A stretch of 64,000 nt of DNA from the human T2T-CHM13v2.0 reference genome, Homo sapiens, in NCBI RefSeq assembly GCF_009914755.1, contig NC_060928.1; one strand, written 5' to 3'. Shown one piece after another: positions 56,529 to 64,000 of this stretch. The translations under genes and the position numbers were made by a program. Below the pieces are notes generated by a model. That model did not search any database and was not told the DNA's origin. It saw nothing but the letters and a program-made list of their open reading frames with translations. Position 1 is the stretch's first letter, and each line of letters starts with the position of its first letter.

Positions 56529-58098
56529 CTGTAAAGAGGGAACAGAGGAGAAAAAAAAGGAAAAAGGAAAACAAAGGCATCCCCTCTTACTTTCCTGTTA
56601 TCCTAGATAAGCATCTCCCATTCATCCTTAGGGTTCTGGAATGAACCAGTCTTACCGTGTACCCATTACCTTGGTTCCATCTCATCACAATTACCCACTT
56701 GAGAACAGAAGAGATACTAGAGTAAACAGTGGGACCCTTGTTCATCCTTGGGACTCTGGAATAACCGTTCTTACTGTATACCCCTAACCTTTCCTTCATC
56801 TGTTTTAATGGTAATCTGTTAACCTAGAACCAACCTTCATGTCTGTCCTATGGGTCTTTTGTGACTGCAACCTTGGGCTGGCCTATGTCCTTGTCTCCAA
56901 GACATTATGGTGACTCTCACTCAGAGCATTGTAGCAACAAAATGATTGTCTCTTTTTTCAGATTTCCTTCCCATGTTCTTTAAGTAGATGAGAAGCCTGT
57001 TTTTCAGCTAACTGCCACAAGATGGCTGGATTTCCCTCCCTTCGAATATGACCTTGAAGGTCTTGGTGCATGTTAAGAAGGGCATGGAAGTGATTAGAGA
57101 AATGGAGGCTATGGGAGGAAGTGAGATAAATACTCATGGAAAGCTTTCATATGCGAGTGAAATGGCAACATTTATTTGCCCTCTTAACATAAAGTAGTAA
57201 CCTCCGGAGGACTTGAGGCTTGAGGTAAGAACTCACAAGTGGCAAAGGAAGAATTTTCCCTCCTTTCAAAGGAGTGTTAACTCAAAAAAAGCAAATAAGT
57301 GAGATCCTTAAAGGGCCACAGTGAGGACCTATGCAGACACACAAAGTACTTAAAAAGTCACTGGAAAACAGCCCTGGAGGGTAACAGGGACAAAAAGTAT
57401 ACAATAAATCATAAGGGCTGGGATTCCAATTTGTATCTATCCTGGCAATGCGCCACCAGACAGGGGATGAGTTGGAGGTCATCTGAGCTGGTAGGGTAAA
57501 AACAAGTATAAACCTCAGGGGATATTTGCAAGGGAGCCTATGTCTTTGCTGCTGCACAAATGCAGCAAGAGCCATGGGCACACAAATAACAAGGAGTGTG
57601 TGTTTAAGAAGTTACATGGCATGTGACGTGAAAGCAAACAAGAGGCAGGCTTGCCCCTGAGGCGGATGGTCTAGCTGGTGTACAAGGCCATTTGAGAACA
57701 CGAAGGAGAATAGGAGGTGAATAGGTGGAGTAAAAAGGAGAATAGGCAGTGGTTTTGGGGAAATAGCCAACTTTAGTTGAAAAAGCAGAGGAAACCCCAG
57801 ACATTGCAGTGTTAGGCTTTAGTTCTACCACTCTTGTAAGCCTCCTGTCCAGGAGGGCCATTAGTGTCTGAGTTCTACTCGGTGTGAACTCCGAGTTCCT
57901 TCCACCCCTCCGAGCCACCCATTAGAGTGAACTGAAAGATCAGCTAGCGGGAGCAGAGCCATTGTGGCTGAGAAGAATTGTTCTAGTGGTTGGTCAGTAA
58001 GCAGGAGAGCAAAAAGAGAGAAGGAAACTGCATACAGGGGTTGAGTACCTCCAGCCAAAGAAGGTGAGGCATAGAGGTCCTTTACCACTGGGAAACAT

Positions 58099-58118
58099 AT
58101 CCAAGTCATGTGGCACAA
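58099..58118 (-). other. Degenerate primer-binding site, tRNA-His-like
   Basis: Minus strand TTGTGCCACATGACTTGGAT versus the His PBS TGGTGCCGTGACTCGGAT; lies 5 nt from the LTR end. Confidence 0.65.
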
Positions 58119-58123
58119 AGGTA

Positions 58124-58840
58124 TGTTACCAGTGATGAATCCATATGGGTTTGCAGCAACCTCAATTCTTGCTTCCTCAGAAGAAAGAATTAAATTGAGA
58201 AACATAAGGCAGAGCGAGAGACTGAGGCAGGTTTTAGAGTAGCAGTGAAAGTGTATTAAAAAGCTTTAGAGCAGGAATAAAAGGAAGTAAAGTACACTTG
58301 GAAGTAGGCCAAGCGGGCAACTTGAGAGATCAAGTGCCCTGTTTGACCTTTTGACTTGGGGCTTTATAGGTTGGTATGCTTATGCTTCTGGGGGGTTGTG
58401 TCCCTTTTCCCCTGATTCTTCCCTTGGGGTGGGCTGTCTGCATGTGCAGTGGCCTGGCAACACTTGGGAGGGGCGCTTGCACAGTGTGTTTACTGAAGCT
58501 GCGCACATGCTCACTTGAGGCGTTCGTCCCTTACCAGTCCAGTGTTCCTAGAGGAAGGTCATATACCAGTTAAACTCTGCCATTTTGCCTCTCGGTGCGC
58601 ATGTATGAACCCATTTGCCCAGCTCCTGAGATCTTATTGGGAAGCTGCTGATCACCAGTTTCAGGTTTTTTAATCTATTGGGAGACTGCCTTTCGCTGGC
58701 GCCTGCTGCAACCAATTATTATTTTAGAGAGGCAGTTTAACAACCTCCCGCCCATCACCTAATGTTTGCCTGACATTCCTGGTGTTGGGAGAAGGCCCTC
58801 TCCTGCCCTGCTCATGTCTGACTAGCTACCTACTGCAACA
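58124..58840 (-). promoter_or_regulatory. 5' LTR (MER50-like)
   Basis: TG...CA termini; the minus strand begins TGTTGCAGTAGGTAGCTAGTCAGACATGAGCAGG; followed by the PBS. Confidence 0.88.
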
Positions 58841-61169
58841 GTCTGAGACAAAGGCTACCAAAGGCTGAGGACACTGGCAGAACCTGATAAGTGAGTGACT
58901 TAAGCTTTCCTGCTTCTGAGTCATGGATACACGTCACTGTCTCAGCCTGAAAATTATCTTTCATGGGAGAGGGGGAGCCAGAAAGGCGGCAGGCTGGGGT
59001 AACCCCAGGTGAAAGAGGGCAGTCCTGTGTGGTAAACCACGAGGGCTGAGACAGAAATGGAAAACTTCTGGAAGCGGAGTCCCCATATTAGCCTACAAGC
59101 TTTCCCCATTGCTTGCATTGACTTGCTTGTGCTGTCTTTGTTAAATCTGAGAAATGAAGAAAATAATTCCTTCCACCTATCATAGAAGAATGGTGAAATC
59201 AACTCAGGTTGACAGGATATTTGATTGTCAACTTTGTGCAAGCACCATTATTTCTAGCCAGCACTACCTTCTCCTTCTCCAGCTGAACCTGAATATTTGC
59301 ATAATCTCTAGATTAGATGTTTTTGTATTTCTAGCTTAGGCAATACTTATTTAAAAGAGGCATGTTCATGGTACTATTTTTTAATAAGAGCTTTTGTTTA
59401 AAACAAACTCAGTGTGACTTCTTTTCATAAAGGTAAATTAAAGAAAAATACATGAAAATGAAAGATTAGTCCCTTTTTGGAACATAAGCAAGATTTGTTT
59501 ACTTTACACTAAATCTTTAGTAAACTTACTTCATAATCATGGGGTGATATTGCCTATGTCTGGTTCATCACCTTTTTCCATTTTTGTCTGTAAGTGTGAG
59601 ACAGTGTTTTGACCCAGCTTGGTACAAAATATATAGTAGGCAGTTCATTAATGTTATTATACATTCCTCTTCCCTCTTCCCCTTCTCAGCCTAATATCTG
59701 TATTTGTATCCCTTATAGAGGTTCTTAAATGTCAAGATTTATTCTTCTGTTTGGTGGAACAGGGAATCAAATCAGATTAATAGAAAATAGAAATGCAGAT
59801 TCCTCCTCCTTTGTATAGCTGTGAGAAAAAAAAAAAAGAAATTCATATTCCCACATAAGCTGATCCAGGCCTGGGGTGTGTGTGCTTCAGGAGGGGGTGG
59901 TGGGAAGGAAGTTCATTCTTGCAAAGCCCTCCAGATGCTGGAGGTAGCTGAGACACATCCACTCGCTCGAGATCCATGCTCTCCTTGTTCTTCTGAACTT
60001 CTCTGAATAAAAAGCTCTCTCTTGCTCTCCCAGACTTCCTTCTCTAAGTCGTTTGTCATCGGCTCTTGAGCTCTTCAGCCTGGTCACCTCCACTGTTATC
60101 TGGGCTCAGTACATGAGCCTTGGCCTGAAAGCAGAGTCAATTAAAATATACCCAGCCATTTATTAAGTTTACCCTGACTTTAATAGCTAGAGTTGTGAAG
60201 AAAACTGAATAAATAGAGCTTCAACATAATTTAAGAACCAAAGACATCTAATTATAGAACATCATATTTGAGCTGTATTTATAATCTTTAAATGGAAAGT
60301 TTAAAGAAAGGCCACAATTGTTTCTAGTTTCTATTAAAGGCTCAATTTTAAAGGTACTCCAAAGTCTTCTCTGTGGATCAGTTAAATATATAATTATAGT
60401 ACACAGGGGTCTCAGGATTTAGTCAGCCTAAAAGATTCTGTTAATAGTCAAAGGGAAATTTAGTTTAATTTATCAAATTGTAGAATTTGCTTGCTTTTGA
60501 ACATACTGGTAACATGCATATAAGCAATTGTGTATGATGTAAGAACTAGTAATAGGCTAAACCTGATAGCTTCACACAACTTTGTGTATTTAGGGCTGTA
60601 TCTTTCAATTTGTTTCAAGAACAGTTTCTTTTAAAAGTTTTTTATTGCAAAATTCATATTTTATTACAAAAATTAAAACATACAAATAAGGAGAAAGAAG
60701 AATCCATTACCCTACAATCTTCAGTGAACACCATTAACATTTTGATACGTACCTTTCAAAATTATTTTTTATGGCTGTATCAACCTGTAAATATATGGTG
60801 CATACTGTGCAAGCCATTCTGAACACTTTTAGGTGGATAACAAACACAGGAATACAGTCTGCCTTGGCATGGCTTTGCCTCCTAACTCCCACTAAAACCA
60901 ACCCTCCCTCTCAGAGAGTATTTTCCTTACCCCCGACAGATGGGCCATGGGTACTTCCAACTTCTTTATTTTTACTACTCTTTTCTCTTTTCTTCTCCTA
61001 CCCCAATTCGTCCCTGGACTTGGTGAAGTTCCACCTCCTTCCTGAAGTCCTCAATGATTCTCCAAACCATGGTGATTTTGCCTCTTCTGAACTTATTGAA
61101 ATGTGAATATTTGTCAATATCTGCCATTGGGTTAAAGAAAATAGAGGGAATGAGAGATGTACAAAGAAG

Positions 61170-63090
<1,921 letters not shown>

Positions 63091-63091
63091 G

Positions 63092-63124
<33 letters not shown>

Positions 63125-63125
63125 T
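63092..63125. repeat. (AT)8 plus T19 compound microsatellite
   Basis: Direct sequence. Confidence 0.9.
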
Positions 63126-64000
63126 AGCAAAAATAAGATCTACCAACCAAATGAAAAATAATAAAAACAACCTCCTACTCTAAATCACACTTTTCCACAG
63201 TTAACAGTAGCTTATGTGAAAATAGGATAATTTTAATAGACTAAAGCTGATACACTAGAAACAGCGTGAGCCTTACGGTTTCACTGACTGGATGTGAACT
63301 CTTAGCTGTGTGAACTTAGATATGCTATTTAACACACCCAACTTTCAGATTCCTCCTTGTGAAATGGGTATGAATATCTTTGCATATCCAATACGAATGT
63401 TGAAGTGCAGTAAAATAGTTCATGTCAGAACTATTCATAAACAGAGCAGAGCTATACAAATATGAGATCTTATAACCATCAAACCCTACTGATGCCATTA
63501 GATTTTCTGTCCTAAAGAACAGCATGGATCACGTTGCCAGTAAAATCTTTTCTTTTCATCAGAGAAGCACTTGGGGTTTGAGAGTCTTCCTAGTTGCTAT
63601 TAAAAACTCATTGCATAAAAGTATCAAGCTTTTGGCTCCACATTATTTCTTTGGTATACATTTCTTTTTTCCTTTGTTTTGCTTCCAAGATATGAGGGGC
63701 AGTGAATCATTCTAAAGACTTAACATGAATTCTTGAAACTTGCCTTTATTTTAAAATTTAAGATGACCATTCCAAAGTAAACATATTTTACAGTCCACTC
63801 TGAAAGAGACTCAACCTAATATTCTTTGATAGGAACAATGTTTGAAGTAATTGAGGGAAGTTGGGAAAATAGTAAGCAAAATTTGGAAATAAACTTTACC
63901 ACATGTTTGAACCACCACAGAGGACAAATCTTGTTCTGCAGTTCAATTATTTTCTTTTCTCCTCATATTATCCTTAACTATTCATAATAACAATGTGTGA

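Larger units (their letters stand above)
52115..58840 (-). mobile_element. Two-LTR ERV1 provirus, MER50 / MER4-group internal, non-autonomous
   Basis: Two homologous ~700-bp LTRs, 4-bp TSD GTCT (52111-52114 and 58841-58844), PBS, PPT and gag remnant in the correct order on the minus strand. Confidence 0.9.

Overview
Primate (very likely human) genomic DNA, AT-rich and dense in interspersed repeats, lying inside the carboxypeptidase E gene (CPE, + strand). The window holds the 3' ~46 kb of the long first intron, coding exon 2 (46483-46679, zinc-binding HGNE motif), intron 2, coding exon 3 (49781-49948, DLNRNFP motif) and ~14 kb of intron 3. Exon numbering comes from my knowledge of the gene. 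Nearly all other ORFs in the track are Alu, LTR or L1 read-throughs or chance ORFs. Repeats include about 20 Alus, a young L1PA2-type fragment, old L1/L2/MIR, several solo LTRs, two Tigger3 elements and hAT MERs. There is also a 6.7-kb two-LTR MER50-type ERV1 provirus antisense in intron 3, with a matching TSD, a tRNA-His-like PBS and a gag remnant. Repeat subfamily names are from memory of consensus sequences and need RepeatMasker/Dfam confirmation. I found no convincing new protein-coding system. The best leads are: (i) a ~400-bp inverted duplication of unique DNA plus MER63A, with arms 2.9 kb apart, that could fold CPE pre-mRNA into a long duplex; (ii) a copy of the polypurine-tract sequence near the centre of the provirus; (iii) an AG|GTGAG recursive-splice-type acceptor on exon 2; (iv) small templated-insertion scars.
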